Positions 20,448-30,338 of a stretch of DNA of 64,000 nucleotides are shown here, piece after piece. The first letter of the stretch is position 1; the number at the start of each line of letters is the position of its first letter. The stretch lies in the NCBI GenBank assembly GCA_019233975.1, contig JAFALY010000035.1, forward strand, positions 65,819 through 129,818. Direction: 5' to 3'. Made by a program: the position numbers and the translations under genes. Source of the DNA: Alphaproteobacteria bacterium. Lineage in GTDB: Bacteria > Pseudomonadota > Alphaproteobacteria > UBA9219. Under the pieces are notes generated by a model. It saw only the letters and a program-made list of their open reading frames with translations, did not search any database and was not told the origin of the DNA.

Positions 20448-22184
20448 ATGAACAACAACAATCTTTTGCCCGCCCTTATCCTGTCGATGCTGATCCTCTT
20501 TGGGTTCCAGTATCTGTATGTCAAACCGCATCAGGAAGCGTTGCGTACGCAAGCCATCGCGCAGCAATTGCAGGCCTCCAAGCAAGAGGCGGATAAACAA
20601 GCCGTGGCGGCTGGCAAGATTGTCAGCGACACGCCGCGTGCGCGTGCCGATATCGTCACCGCAACGCCGCGCGTTACCCTGACGACCTCGCAGTTTCAAG
20701 GGTCGGTCAATCTGCAGGGCGCGCGTCTGGATGACGTGCAACTGGTGAATTATCGTGAAAGCGTGGCATCTGACGCTGGGCGCGTGACATTGTTATCGCC
20801 CGCCGGTTCGGCGCAGCCTGTGTTCCCGACCTATGCGGATGTCAGCTGGCTTTCCGATCAGGCAGACCTTGTGTTGCCGACAACCAATACAATGTGGCAG
20901 GCGGAAAAAGGCGCTAAACTGACGCCCTCCATGCCACTGCGCCTCACATGGGACAATGGTCACGGCCTGCAATTCGAACGTGTGATTACGGTCGATGAAC
21001 GCAGCATGTTCACGCTGACGGACACCGTCCGCAACACGGGCAAAGACAGCGTGCATCTGTTCCCCTACGGCGCCATTGCGCGTCAGGGCAATCCAACCGC
21101 GCGTGCAGCGGGCGCGATCCACGAAGGTGGCATTGGCGTTCTGGGTGGCACACTCGAAGAAATGAAGTATAAAAAGCTGATCGATGACGGCAAGAAGCTG
21201 TATGAAAGTGACGGCGGTTGGCTCGGCATCACGGACAAATACTGGCTGACGGCGCTTATTCCCGCGCAGGATGAAAAGATCGACGCCGAATTTGCCTTTA
21301 GCGGCGAAGGCGTCACCGACCCGAACCAGGGCCATTTTCAGGCTGATTTCCGCGGTGCAGGCGTCACGCTGGAACCAGGTGCCAGCACACAGCACATGGT
21401 GCGCCTGTTCGTAGGACCGAAGAGCCTGCGTCAGCTTGATCTCTATGCCGAACAATACAACATCCCGCATTTCGACCGCGCGATCGACTTCGGCTGGTTC
21501 TACTTCCTGACCAAGCCGTTCCTGTATTTGCTGACGTGGCTTGGTAACGCTATCGGCCATGCGGGCATTGCAATCCTGATCTTCACCGTCGCGTTGAAGC
21601 TCATCACCCTGCCGCTCTCGTTGAAATCCAACCGGTCAATGGCGCGCATGAAGGAATTGCAGCCGGAGATCAAGCGCCTGCAGGAACGCTATGCGGATGA
21701 CAAGTTGCGCCAGAACCAGGAAATGATGGAACTGTTCAAGCGCGAAAAAGTCAGCCCCATGTCGGGTTGCGTGCCGATGCTGATCCAGATACCGATTTTC
21801 TTCGCGCTTTACAAAGTTCTTTATGTCAGCATTGAACTGCGTCAGGCGCCGTTCTTCGGCTGGATCCATGACATGTCCGTGCCGGATACGACCAACCTGT
21901 TCACGCTGTTCGGCCTTGTGCCGTGGCAGACACCCGCTTTCATGCATCTGGGCGCCTGGCCGTTGCTGATGGGTTGCAGCATGTTCCTGCAACAACGCCT
22001 GTCGCCGCAACCCATGGATAAATCGCAGGCGCAGATGTTCATGTTCATGCCGATCATGTTCACCTTTATGCTGTCGGGCATGCCGGCGGGTCTGGTCATT
22101 TACTGGACGTGGAGCAATCTGCTCTCGATCGCGCAGCAATGGTACATCATGCGCCACGCGGGCCACGCCAAAAAGGCAGGATGA
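20448..22184 (+). CDS. yidC: membrane protein insertase YidC
   Basis: N-terminal TM, large periplasmic domain, and a C-terminal 5-TM Oxa1 core ('KELQPEIKRLQERY', 'GCVPMLIQIPIFFALY'). Confidence 0.9.
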   Translation: MNNNNLLPALILSMLILFGFQYLYVKPHQEALRTQAIAQQLQASKQEADKQAVAAGKIVSDTPRARADIVTATPRVTLTTSQFQGSVNLQGARLDDVQLVNYRESVASDAGRVTLLSPAGSAQPVFPTYADVSWLSDQADLVLPTTNTMWQAEKGAKLTPSMPLRLTWDNGHGLQFERVITVDERSMFTLTDTVRNTGKDSVHLFPYGAIARQGNPTARAAGAIHEGGIGVLGGTLEEMKYKKLIDDGKKLYESDGGWLGITDKYWLTALIPAQDEKIDAEFAFSGEGVTDPNQGHFQADFRGAGVTLEPGASTQHMVRLFVGPKSLRQLDLYAEQYNIPHFDRAIDFGWFYFLTKPFLYLLTWLGNAIGHAGIAILIFTVALKLITLPLSLKSNRSMARMKELQPEIKRLQERYADDKLRQNQEMMELFKREKVSPMSGCVPMLIQIPIFFALYKVLYVSIELRQAPFFGWIHDMSVPDTTNLFTLFGLVPWQTPAFMHLGAWPLLMGCSMFLQQRLSPQPMDKSQAQMFMFMPIMFTFMLSGMPAGLVIYWTWSNLLSIAQQWYIMRHAGHAKKAG

Positions 22185-23791
22185 TGTCGGACGCGCGTGC
22201 CCAAGGGCCTTTGCAGGCCTATACGCGTTACTTTGTGCGTTACCTTCTCTCGCTGCGTGGCATGCGCCTGTGGGCCGCGTGCTTTCTGGCGGGGTCCGTC
22301 ACGGCGGCGGGTTTTGCACCTCTTGGGTTCTTCCCTGTCTTCTGGCTTGGTTATCCGGTGTTGGTACTGCTGCTTGCACATGCGCGTGGATATTGTGCCG
22401 CGTTTGCCATCGGCTGGCTTTTTTCTTTCGGGCAGATGGTTTTCGGCTTGTACTGGATCGCGGCAGCGATGTTTGTCGATATCCGTGCCTTCTGGTGGGG
22501 TGTGCCGCTGGCGGTTGCGGGATTGCCCGCGCTATTCGCTTTTTACTATGGCTTTGCGGCACTGATCGCCGTCTGGCTGTTGCGCCGGTTCTCGCTGGGT
22601 GCCTCGCAGGCAGGTTGTGTGATTGTGGCCCTCTGCTGGTTCGCGGCAGAGGTTGCGCGCGGCACTTGTTTCACTGGTTTCCCTTGGAATTTGTCGGGCC
22701 ATGTCTGGGCGCATGTTCTGCCTGTTCTGCAGGTGACCAGCGTGATCGGCATTTACGGCCTTAGCCTGCTGACGGTTCTGGCGGCCTGTCTGCCCGCCGC
22801 GCTTTATGTTGCCAAATCTGCTGGCCGTGGCGCCGGGATTATGATCGCGCTGTTTGCCTGTCTGGCGATCGGCGGTGTTGTGCGCCTGAACCAAGCGCCG
22901 CAGGCATCACCGGTTGTCGGTTCTGCCACGCCGACGCGTATTCGCATTCTTCAGCCTAATACGGATCAGGCGCATAAATGGGCGCAAAATTCGCGTGAAT
23001 CCAATTTTGCGCAAATGATCGATGACAGCACCAAACCGGGTGACAAGCCGGTTGATATCATCGTCTGGCCGGAAACGGCATCGACCTTTTACCTGATGGA
23101 GGACGTGGAGCACAGACGGGAAATCACGTTACACCTTATGCCGGGGTCGGTTTTGCTGACGGGCCTTATCCGCCGCGCCGAAGACGATGCCGGGTTTTTG
23201 CATTACTATAATTCGATGGTAGCCCTGCAACCGTCGGGCCGCGTGGCCGCTGTGTATGACAAGGCGCATCTGGTGCCGTTTGGTGAATATATACCGCTGC
23301 GTCATTACATCGCGTTGCGCACGCTTGCGGCCTTGGGTGTCGATTTTGGCGCAGGGCCGGGGCCGAGGAGCCTGCATATAGACGCGTTGCCGTCATTCAG
23401 CCCTCTGATTTGCTACGAAGCCATATTCCCGCATGAAGTGACAGATCCATCTGACCGCCCCGCCTTTTTAGTGAATATAACGAATGACGGATGGTATGGC
23501 CGCACAGCAGGACCGTATCAACATTTTGCGAATGTACGCCTGCGGGCTATCGAAGAAGGACTACCCCTAGTACGCTCTGCGAATACGGGCATATCGGGCG
23601 CTGTTGACGCCTATGGCCGCATACTGGGGCAGTTGGCTCTGGGCCAGTCTGGCATAATTGATATTGACCTGCCGCCCCCGCTGGTGCCAACCTTCTATGC
23701 ACAACATGGCGCTTTGGGCGTTGTCTTGATTTATATCATCAGTGTGTTGGGTGTGGTTGTGGCAATCTGGCGTCGGCGCATGCCGGGTTGA
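22181..23791 (+). CDS. lnt: apolipoprotein N-acyltransferase
   Basis: N-terminal polytopic region plus a C-terminal carbon-nitrogen hydrolase domain ('WPE', '[11 protein letters not shown]'). The ATGATG start overlaps the yidC stop; the listed ORF starts at 22109. Confidence 0.85.
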   Translation: MMSDARAQGPLQAYTRYFVRYLLSLRGMRLWAACFLAGSVTAAGFAPLGFFPVFWLGYPVLVLLLAHARGYCAAFAIGWLFSFGQMVFGLYWIAAAMFVDIRAFWWGVPLAVAGLPALFAFYYGFAALIAVWLLRRFSLGASQAGCVIVALCWFAAEVARGTCFTGFPWNLSGHVWAHVLPVLQVTSVIGIYGLSLLTVLAACLPAALYVAKSAGRGAGIMIALFACLAIGGVVRLNQAPQASPVVGSATPTRIRILQPNTDQAHKWAQNSRESNFAQMIDDSTKPGDKPVDIIVWPETASTFYLMEDVEHRREITLHLMPGSVLLTGLIRRAEDDAGFLHYYNSMVALQPSGRVAAVYDKAHLVPFGEYIPLRHYIALRTLAALGVDFGAGPGPRSLHIDALPSFSPLICYEAIFPHEVTDPSDRPAFLVNITNDGWYGRTAGPYQHFANVRLRAIEEGLPLVRSANTGISGAVDAYGRILGQLALGQSGIIDIDLPPPLVPTFYAQHGALGVVLIYIISVLGVVVAIWRRRMPG

Positions 23792-23843
23792 ACAGGTCAG
23801 CAAGGCCAATCGCGTCACCCATGACCCCCATGACGGAGATTGC

Positions 23844-25079
23844 ATGATGTGGACGACCGAAACCTATCAGAAACATTTTCAAGACAATCTCGATCAGATG
23901 AAAAAGGATGGCCGTTACCGCACCTTTGCGGTGCTGGAACGCATCTGCGGCTCGTTTCCCGAAGCGTGGTTGTATCAGGGCGACACATCCAAACGCGTGA
24001 CGGTCTGGTGTTCGAATGACTATCTCGGCATGGGGCAGAACCCGGTCGTGTTGCAGGCGATGGAGATGGCGCTGAAAGATTGGGGTGCCGGTTCAGGCGG
24101 CACACGCAATATCGGCGGCAATAATTTTATTCATGTGCAACTGGAGCATGCGCTGGCTGACTGGCATCGTAAAGAAGCGGGTTTGATCTTCAGCTCCGGC
24201 TATGTGTCGAACGAAGCGACGCTTAGCGCGCTCGTCAAATTGCTGCCCGGCTGTATCGTGTTTTCGGACGCCAAAAACCACGCGTCGATGATCGCGGGTA
24301 TCAGCCGGCACAGGCCGGAAAAACACGTCTACGCGCATAATGACCTGCATGATCTTGAAATGAAGCTGGCCGCAGCACCTGCCGATGCGCCAAAGATTGT
24401 CGCGTGCGAAAGCGTCTATTCCATGGACGGCACCATTGCTGATTTGCGTGCAACGGCGACGCTGGCCAAGAAATACGGGGCACTTACCTACCTTGATGAA
24501 GTGCATGCGGTCGGTCTGTATGGACCCAACGGCGCAGGCGTAGCCGAACGCGATGGCGTTATGGATATGTTCGATGTAATCGAAGGCACTTTCGGCAAGG
24601 CATTCGGGGTATCGGGTGGTTATATCACCGGCTCGGCGGCTTTGGTCGATGCGGTGCGCAGCCATGCCTCCGGTTTTATTTTTACCACATCATTGTCGCC
24701 CGTTCTGGCGGCAGGCGCGCTCGCCAGCCTTTCGGTTTTAAAGACGGCGCATGATTTGCGCGCCCGTCAGCAAAAACAGGCCAACCGGTTGCGTAAAAAA
24801 CTGACGCAGGCGGGGCTGCCGCTTATGCCGTCGCCCAGTCATATCGTGCCGTTGTTGATCGGTGGCGCGCATTGCTGCAAGGGCGTATCGGATTGGTTGC
24901 TGGCTGAGGCGGATATTTACGTTCAGCCTATCAACTACCCGACCGTACCGGTCGGGCAGGAAAGGCTGCGTCTGACCCCGTCGCCTTATCATACGGATGA
25001 GATGATTGATAAACTGGTTGATACGCTTGATTATTTGTGGCGCGACCAGCATTTGCCACGCAATTATCAGGCGGCCTGA
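23844..25079 (+). CDS. hemA: 5-aminolevulinate synthase
   Basis: '[14 protein letters not shown]', and 'SVYSMDG' for a PLP-lysine enzyme of about 411 aa. A GGAGA ribosome-binding site precedes the internal ATG. Confidence 0.9.
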   Translation: MMWTTETYQKHFQDNLDQMKKDGRYRTFAVLERICGSFPEAWLYQGDTSKRVTVWCSNDYLGMGQNPVVLQAMEMALKDWGAGSGGTRNIGGNNFIHVQLEHALADWHRKEAGLIFSSGYVSNEATLSALVKLLPGCIVFSDAKNHASMIAGISRHRPEKHVYAHNDLHDLEMKLAAAPADAPKIVACESVYSMDGTIADLRATATLAKKYGALTYLDEVHAVGLYGPNGAGVAERDGVMDMFDVIEGTFGKAFGVSGGYITGSAALVDAVRSHASGFIFTTSLSPVLAAGALASLSVLKTAHDLRARQQKQANRLRKKLTQAGLPLMPSPSHIVPLLIGGAHCCKGVSDWLLAEADIYVQPINYPTVPVGQERLRLTPSPYHTDEMIDKLVDTLDYLWRDQHLPRNYQAA

Positions 25080-25213
25080 TCAACCAATCATTTTTGCATT
25101 GCAGCAAATTGACCGCCTGTTTATTGATATCGTATTTTGCAAATATTGATGTTCTACAGAATATCCAGTAGAAGAGACAAAGATTACAGAAACAATATTT
25201 TTCGGGGGGTATT

Positions 25214-25504
25214 ATGAAGGCTCTCTTTGCTATTGCCGGTTTGGCAATTTTCGGTGCAGGCGTCGCATGTGGGGTGGCGGCTTGGGCTCTGGGGGGCGCA
25301 CTTGGTGGGCCGATGCTTTCGGCGTTGCTATGTGCAGGCTCGATCTTTGGGTTGCTAGCTGTAAACGATCCTGGTGCTAGCGAAACTGGGCCAATCAAGG
25401 GTTTAGTGAATTGTTTCCTCGCTGGATTACTGATTGGCAGCATTCCTGGCACGTTGATGTGCTTGGCGGGCCCACCGGCAGGCGCTATACCCGGGCATGG
25501 ATAA
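25214..25504 (+). CDS. small Gly/Ala-rich membrane protein (hypothetical)
   Basis: 96-aa ORF with three hydrophobic Gly-rich segments, following a 130-nt AT-rich intergenic region. No homology is recognisable by eye. Confidence 0.3.
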   Translation: MKALFAIAGLAIFGAGVACGVAAWALGGALGGPMLSALLCAGSIFGLLAVNDPGASETGPIKGLVNCFLAGLLIGSIPGTLMCLAGPPAGAIPGHG

Positions 25505-25507
25505 TAA

Positions 25508-26239
25508 CTATCCAGCCTTTGCCAGTTTCAATGCTTCTTCCGCTTTCAATATGCCGTCATACAACGCGCGGCCAAGGATAAGCCCCGCAATGCCCGCGCG
25601 GGCGTTTTCTTTCAATTCTTCCAGATCGTGCATTGAATGCACGCCGCCTGACGCGACAACCGGCATAGTCAATGCAAACGCCAGGTCGATGATCGCTTCC
25701 AGATTAATCTCACTCAACGCGCCGCCATTGTTGATGTCGGCGTATATTAACGTGCTGACGCCTGCCTCTTCGACTTGCAAGGCGAGGTCCAGCGCCTTCA
25801 TGCGCGTTGTGTTGGACCATCCGGTGCGTGTCACATAGCCGGCGGTTGAATCAATCTTGACCGCTATGCGACCCGGGAAGGCACGGCACGCTTCGCGCAC
25901 CAGGTCTGGGTTCTGCAACGCGGCGGATGTCAACACAATGCGCGCGACACCTTTTTCAATCCATTCTTCGATATGCTTCATGGATCGCATGCCGCCCGAT
26001 AATTGCATCGGCATTTTGACGTTGTGCAGAATGTCGGTGATCGACTGCGCATTGACTGGTTGCCCGACAAAGGCGCCGTCCAGATCAACCACATGCAGCC
26101 ATTCAAAACCTTGGGCAGCAAACGCGGCGGCGCGGGCCGCAGGGTCGTCGTGCAAAATATCGGCGGCCTGCAAATCGCCGGCGCGGGTCAGGCGGGCGAC
26201 TTTATTATCTTTCAGATGGATAGACGGATACAGAATCAT
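25508..26239 (-). CDS. hisA: 1-(5-phosphoribosyl)-5-[(5-phosphoribosylamino)methylideneamino]imidazole-4-carboxamide isomerase
   Basis: 'MILYPSIHLKDNKV', 'VVDLDGA' and 'VVASGGV' HisA motifs. The start was moved to the internal Met. Confidence 0.85.
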   Translation of the reverse strand: MILYPSIHLKDNKVARLTRAGDLQAADILHDDPAARAAAFAAQGFEWLHVVDLDGAFVGQPVNAQSITDILHNVKMPMQLSGGMRSMKHIEEWIEKGVARIVLTSAALQNPDLVREACRAFPGRIAVKIDSTAGYVTRTGWSNTTRMKALDLALQVEEAGVSTLIYADINNGGALSEINLEAIIDLAFALTMPVVASGGVHSMHDLEELKENARAGIAGLILGRALYDGILKAEEALKLAKAG

Positions 26240-26330
26240 GCGCGCTTTATGCCACTTGCCAACCAGTTGCTCAATCCCCATCTATTAGGTTCTGGCCCGT
26301 ATGGGGCGTTGATTTCAAAGGATTTTCTCA

Positions 26331-26909
26331 ATGCATTCTTCTTCATCGGATGCGCATGGCCTGCAACAATGGCACGGGACCACTATTTTGTGCGTACGCA
26401 AGGGCGCGCAGGTTGTCATCGCGGGCGATGGCCAGGTGTCGCTTGGCTCCACAATCCTTAAGGGTAATGCCCGCAAAGTGCGACGGTTGAAGTCCGGTAC
26501 TTCGGCGGATGTGATCGCCGGGTTCGCGGGTGCCACGGCTGATGCCTTTGCGTTGTTCGAACGGCTGGAAGGCAAGTTGGAAAAACATCCGGGGCAGTTG
26601 ATGCGCGCCTGTGTCGAAATGGCCAAGGATTGGCGAACCGACCGCTATCTGCGCCGACTGGAGGCGATGATGGCGGTTGCTGATAAAAACACCAGCCTGA
26701 TTTTATCCGGCAATGGTGATGTTCTGGAACCCGAAGATGGGATTATCGGCATCGGCTCGGGTGGGGCCTATGCGTTGGCCGCCGCGCGCGCGCTGTATGA
26801 CCGTGATGATATGACGGCGGAGGCTATCGCACGCAAAGGGCTGGCGGTCGCCGCGGATATTTGTGTTTACACCAACACGCACGTGACGCTGGAAGGGATT
26901 GATTTATAA
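26331..26909 (+). CDS. hslV: ATP-dependent protease subunit HslV
   Basis: N-terminal '[10 protein letters not shown]' with Thr nucleophile, '[10 protein letters not shown]' and '[11 protein letters not shown]'. Confidence 0.9.
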   Translation: MHSSSSDAHGLQQWHGTTILCVRKGAQVVIAGDGQVSLGSTILKGNARKVRRLKSGTSADVIAGFAGATADAFALFERLEGKLEKHPGQLMRACVEMAKDWRTDRYLRRLEAMMAVADKNTSLILSGNGDVLEPEDGIIGIGSGGAYALAAARALYDRDDMTAEAIARKGLAVAADICVYTNTHVTLEGIDL

Positions 26910-28229
26910 ATGTCGCATTTATCGCCAAAGCAGATTGTCGCAGAGCTTGATCGTCACATTGTGGGTCAGGCAGAGGCCAAGCGTGCCGTTGCCATTGCGC
27001 TCAGGAACCGTTGGCGGCGTCAGCAATTGCCCGATGGTCTGCGCGAAGAAGTCGTGCCAAAAAATATTTTGATGATCGGCCCCACGGGTGTCGGCAAGAC
27101 CGAGATTGCACGCCGTCTGGCGCGGCTGGCGGATGCGCCTTTCTTTAAGGTAGAGGCGACCAAGTTTACCGAGGTAGGCTATGTCGGGCGCGATGTAGAG
27201 CAGATTGTTCGCGACCTGATCGAGATTGCCGTCAAGAACAGCCGCGAGAAAATGCGCAAGGATGTCTATGCCCGTGCGACAGAAGCGGCAGAGGCTCGCG
27301 TTCTGAACGCGCTGGTGGGGGAAAGTGCGTCGCCGGAAACGCGCACGAAATTCCGCCACATGTTGCAGAATGGTGAGCTGAAAGACCGCGAAATTGATAT
27401 CGAGGTGCAGGACAACAGCCAGTCCGGCATGCCGATGTTCGATGTGCCCGGTATGCCCGGCGCACAAATGGGCATGATCAATCTGGGCGATATGATGGGC
27501 AAGGTCATGGGCGGCCGATCAACCCGTACGCGCCATTGTACGGTTGAGGAAGCGCAGAAAATCCTGATGAACGAAGAGGCTGATAAATTGCTGGATCAGG
27601 ATAAGGTGATTGCCGACGCCATCAACAATGTCGAACAAAACGGTATCGTCTTTCTGGATGAAATCGACAAAATTGCCGCGCGTTCGGACCATGCCCGCGG
27701 TGGTGGCGATGTCAGCCGCGAGGGTGTACAACGCGACTTGCTGCCGTTGATCGAGGGCACAATCGTCAACACCAAATACGGCGCGGTCAAAACGGATCAT
27801 ATTCTGTTTATCGCGTCAGGGGCCTTCCACCTGGCCAAACCATCCGACCTGTTGCCTGAACTGCAGGGGCGTTTGCCGATACGCGTGGAATTAAAGCCGC
27901 TGACGCAGGATGATTTCCGCCGCATTCTGACGGAACCCGAAGCCAGCCTGGTGACCCAATATTGTGCGCTGTTGAATACGGAACAGGTTACGTTGGACTT
28001 CAAACCGGACGCGGTTAATGAGATCGCGCGCATCGCGGTCGAGGTCAACGGCAATGTTGAAAATATCGGCGCGCGCCGGTTGCACACGCTGCTGGAGCGG
28101 TTATTGGAAGATGTCAGTTTTGACGCCAGTGACAAACCAGGTATGGTTGTCACCGTAAACGCGGACTTTGTGCGCGAAAAACTGGCTGATTTTGCCAAAA
28201 ACGTTGATTTATCAAGCTTTGTGCTTTGA
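26910..28229 (+). CDS. hslU: ATP-dependent protease ATPase subunit HslU
   Basis: '[22 protein letters not shown]' and '[11 protein letters not shown]' are present. The start abuts hslV. Confidence 0.95.
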   Translation: MSHLSPKQIVAELDRHIVGQAEAKRAVAIALRNRWRRQQLPDGLREEVVPKNILMIGPTGVGKTEIARRLARLADAPFFKVEATKFTEVGYVGRDVEQIVRDLIEIAVKNSREKMRKDVYARATEAAEARVLNALVGESASPETRTKFRHMLQNGELKDREIDIEVQDNSQSGMPMFDVPGMPGAQMGMINLGDMMGKVMGGRSTRTRHCTVEEAQKILMNEEADKLLDQDKVIADAINNVEQNGIVFLDEIDKIAARSDHARGGGDVSREGVQRDLLPLIEGTIVNTKYGAVKTDHILFIASGAFHLAKPSDLLPELQGRLPIRVELKPLTQDDFRRILTEPEASLVTQYCALLNTEQVTLDFKPDAVNEIARIAVEVNGNVENIGARRLHTLLERLLEDVSFDASDKPGMVVTVNADFVREKLADFAKNVDLSSFVL

Positions 28230-28306
28230 CGCGTTGCAGCTTAACAATACTTTAAAGACTTAGGGATAACCCTAAGGGGATATCCTTCCCAAGCTTGTGG
28301 TTCGTT

Positions 28307-29428
28307 ATGGCCGACAATTACCTTAAACCGATGCTGGACCCCGGTTCGGCGCGTGTTTTCAATATCAATGTGATGACCCGTCGCCTGATGTCGAAAGACC
28401 CGGCGGCGAAGCCTTTCTTCAACAATCCGAAATTCAACGTGATTGTGCTGATTAAGGACACCGTTCCCGAAGCCGAACGCAAAGGTAACGTACCGCCTAT
28501 CGGCACCAAGCTTTATATACCGTTCAATGAACATGATATTTACGAAGGTGGCCGCACCATCTTTTTGCATAACCAGCATTTGCAGCAGGCGCTGACGGAT
28601 CAGTTCGGCGTTGTGACGGGCGTCACGCCTGAAATGCTGCTGGATGATATGAACAAGCTGAAGGTTCTGGACAGCATGCCGTCGCTGGACCCGTTCCTCC
28701 TCAAGGACCTGTTCATGCGGTCGAACATGACCGTGAATGAACTGTATTTTGAAATCAGCCAGGAACAATGGCATGAAATCGAATTGTACATTCTGCAGCG
28801 CTTTGAGCCATTGGTGAAGGCGGCCTATCCGGATGCCATGCAATTTGACGAAAAGGCCCGGCAATTGATCGGTAAAATCTGGGAAGCCAACGATATGACC
28901 GCCCTGCAGCCATTGATTGAAGCATTCCGCTTCCCAACCGACCGCGCTTTGGAAATTTTTGGTGCATGGAAGGGCATCAATTATTACTCCTTCCAGCATA
29001 CAAAATTGAAGAAGCAGCTTCTGGATATGGCGACATGGCTTAAGACCGTGGCAGTGCCCCCCGGCGTTATGTCGCGCACGGAAAGCATGGAACTGATGGC
29101 GACGCTGAATGCCGGCAAGGAAGCGATGCTGAAGGAGTGGCAAAAGGTCGAAGGCATCCTGCGCAGCTATAACGAAGGTTATGACAAGATGTTCAAGGAA
29201 CAGGCCGGGTCCACGCAGTTCCTCGACTTCTTGCGCAACTCGGCCCGCCATTATTGGGATTTGGGCAACAGCATGGGCCGTATCAGTCACGTAACCTATT
29301 GCTGGCACGTCTATACCGGCCGGTATAAGGACAGAAAGCTGCCCTGGCCTGAAACGTTGCAGACAATCAAGCTGTTTACCGACATTATGACGCCGGACCG
29401 CAAGGCCAACACGGCTATGGCCTGGTAA
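28307..29428 (+). CDS. hypothetical protein of about 374 aa, no recognisable domain
   Basis: GC3-rich, diverse amino-acid composition. The antisense 413-aa ORF is Arg/His/Gln-rich and looks spurious. The start is uncertain (TTG at 28295 or ATG at 28307). Confidence 0.5.
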   Translation: MADNYLKPMLDPGSARVFNINVMTRRLMSKDPAAKPFFNNPKFNVIVLIKDTVPEAERKGNVPPIGTKLYIPFNEHDIYEGGRTIFLHNQHLQQALTDQFGVVTGVTPEMLLDDMNKLKVLDSMPSLDPFLLKDLFMRSNMTVNELYFEISQEQWHEIELYILQRFEPLVKAAYPDAMQFDEKARQLIGKIWEANDMTALQPLIEAFRFPTDRALEIFGAWKGINYYSFQHTKLKKQLLDMATWLKTVAVPPGVMSRTESMELMATLNAGKEAMLKEWQKVEGILRSYNEGYDKMFKEQAGSTQFLDFLRNSARHYWDLGNSMGRISHVTYCWHVYTGRYKDRKLPWPETLQTIKLFTDIMTPDRKANTAMAW

Positions 29429-29430
29429 GG

Positions 29431-30216
29431 CTACTTTAAATCCACCACAACGGGGACGTGGTCGCTTGGCTTCGGTTCCCATCCGCGCGCTTCACGGATA
29501 ATGTGCGCCGCTTTCAGGCGTGGTGCCAAATCAGCCGTGACCCAGATATGGTCCAGACGTCGCCCGCGGTTGGATGCAACCCAATCCTGCGCGCGGTAAC
29601 TCCACCACGAATACAGCTTCTCACTATCCGGAACAAAGTGGCGCAGGGCATCGGTGCCGCCGAACGCCTTTTGCCAGGCCGTGAATTTTTCCACTTCAAC
29701 GGGCGTGTGCGACACGACGTCCAGCATCTGTTTATGCGACCACACGTCATGCTCCAGCGGTGCGACGTTCAGGTCACCCACCAGAATGCTGGAATGATTT
29801 TTGCGCTTCTTCCACCAGCGGGTCTGGTCATCCATAAAACCCAGCTTGTGCGCGAATTTCGGATTAGCCACAGGGTCGGGAATATCGCCGCCTGCCGGAA
29901 CGTAACAGCAATGCAGTTCGGTGCCGTTTGGCAATGTTGCCGCTATGTGGCGGCGGTCTTCTTTATCCTGCCAGTGATGTTCCCTGGGCGCCGTCAGCGG
30001 CAGGCGCGATATAATCGCGACACCGTTATAGCTTTTCATGCCATGGATATGCTGGTGGATATAACCGCGTGTTGTGAAGGCGGCGCGCGGGAAATCCGCG
30101 TCGATCACCTTGGTTTCCTGCAGGCATAAAACGTCCGGTTTGACGGAGTCCAGCAGGTGCTCGACCAAACCGATGCGTAGCCGTACAGAGTTGATATTCC
30201 AAGTAATAATGCGCAT
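29431..30216 (-). CDS. xthA: exodeoxyribonuclease III
   Basis: 'MRIITWNINSVR' and 'DVLCLQETK' EEP-fold motifs. The start is set at the Met preceding RIITWN. Confidence 0.85.
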   Translation of the reverse strand: MRIITWNINSVRLRIGLVEHLLDSVKPDVLCLQETKVIDADFPRAAFTTRGYIHQHIHGMKSYNGVAIISRLPLTAPREHHWQDKEDRRHIAATLPNGTELHCCYVPAGGDIPDPVANPKFAHKLGFMDDQTRWWKKRKNHSSILVGDLNVAPLEHDVWSHKQMLDVVSHTPVEVEKFTAWQKAFGGTDALRHFVPDSEKLYSWWSYRAQDWVASNRGRRLDHIWVTADLAPRLKAAHIIREARGWEPKPSDHVPVVVDLK

Positions 30217-30338
30217 GCGTGCCTGTTTAACCATCCCGTGCGGTTTTGCCAACCTACTTCATGCAGGTGGGTTATTACCCTATTGCTTTCGCCATAAAAT
30301 TGGTAGCCTTGCGCATATTTAATTTATTCAATTGATGT

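Noticed and set aside
20793-21560. 255-aa minus-strand ORF inside yidC
   Set aside because: Antisense to the conserved YidC periplasmic domain; no support.
22109-22180. Upstream extension of the lnt ORF overlapping yidC by 75 nt
   Set aside because: An ATGATG start exactly at the yidC stop gives a normal-length Lnt (536 aa). The extension is in the yidC C-terminal coding region and is unlikely to be translated.
28230-28294. Palindromes CTTAGGGATAACCCTAAG and GGATATCC after hslU as a terminator
   Set aside because: No downstream T-tract and short stems. Possibly a protein-binding site or REP-like element, but not supportable as an intrinsic terminator.
28241-29482. 413-aa minus-strand ORF fully antisense to the 28307-29428 gene
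   Set aside because: Arg/His/Gln/Leu-rich composition and a GC-poor third codon position are typical of the shadow frame of a high-GC gene. The plus-strand ORF has coding-like composition.
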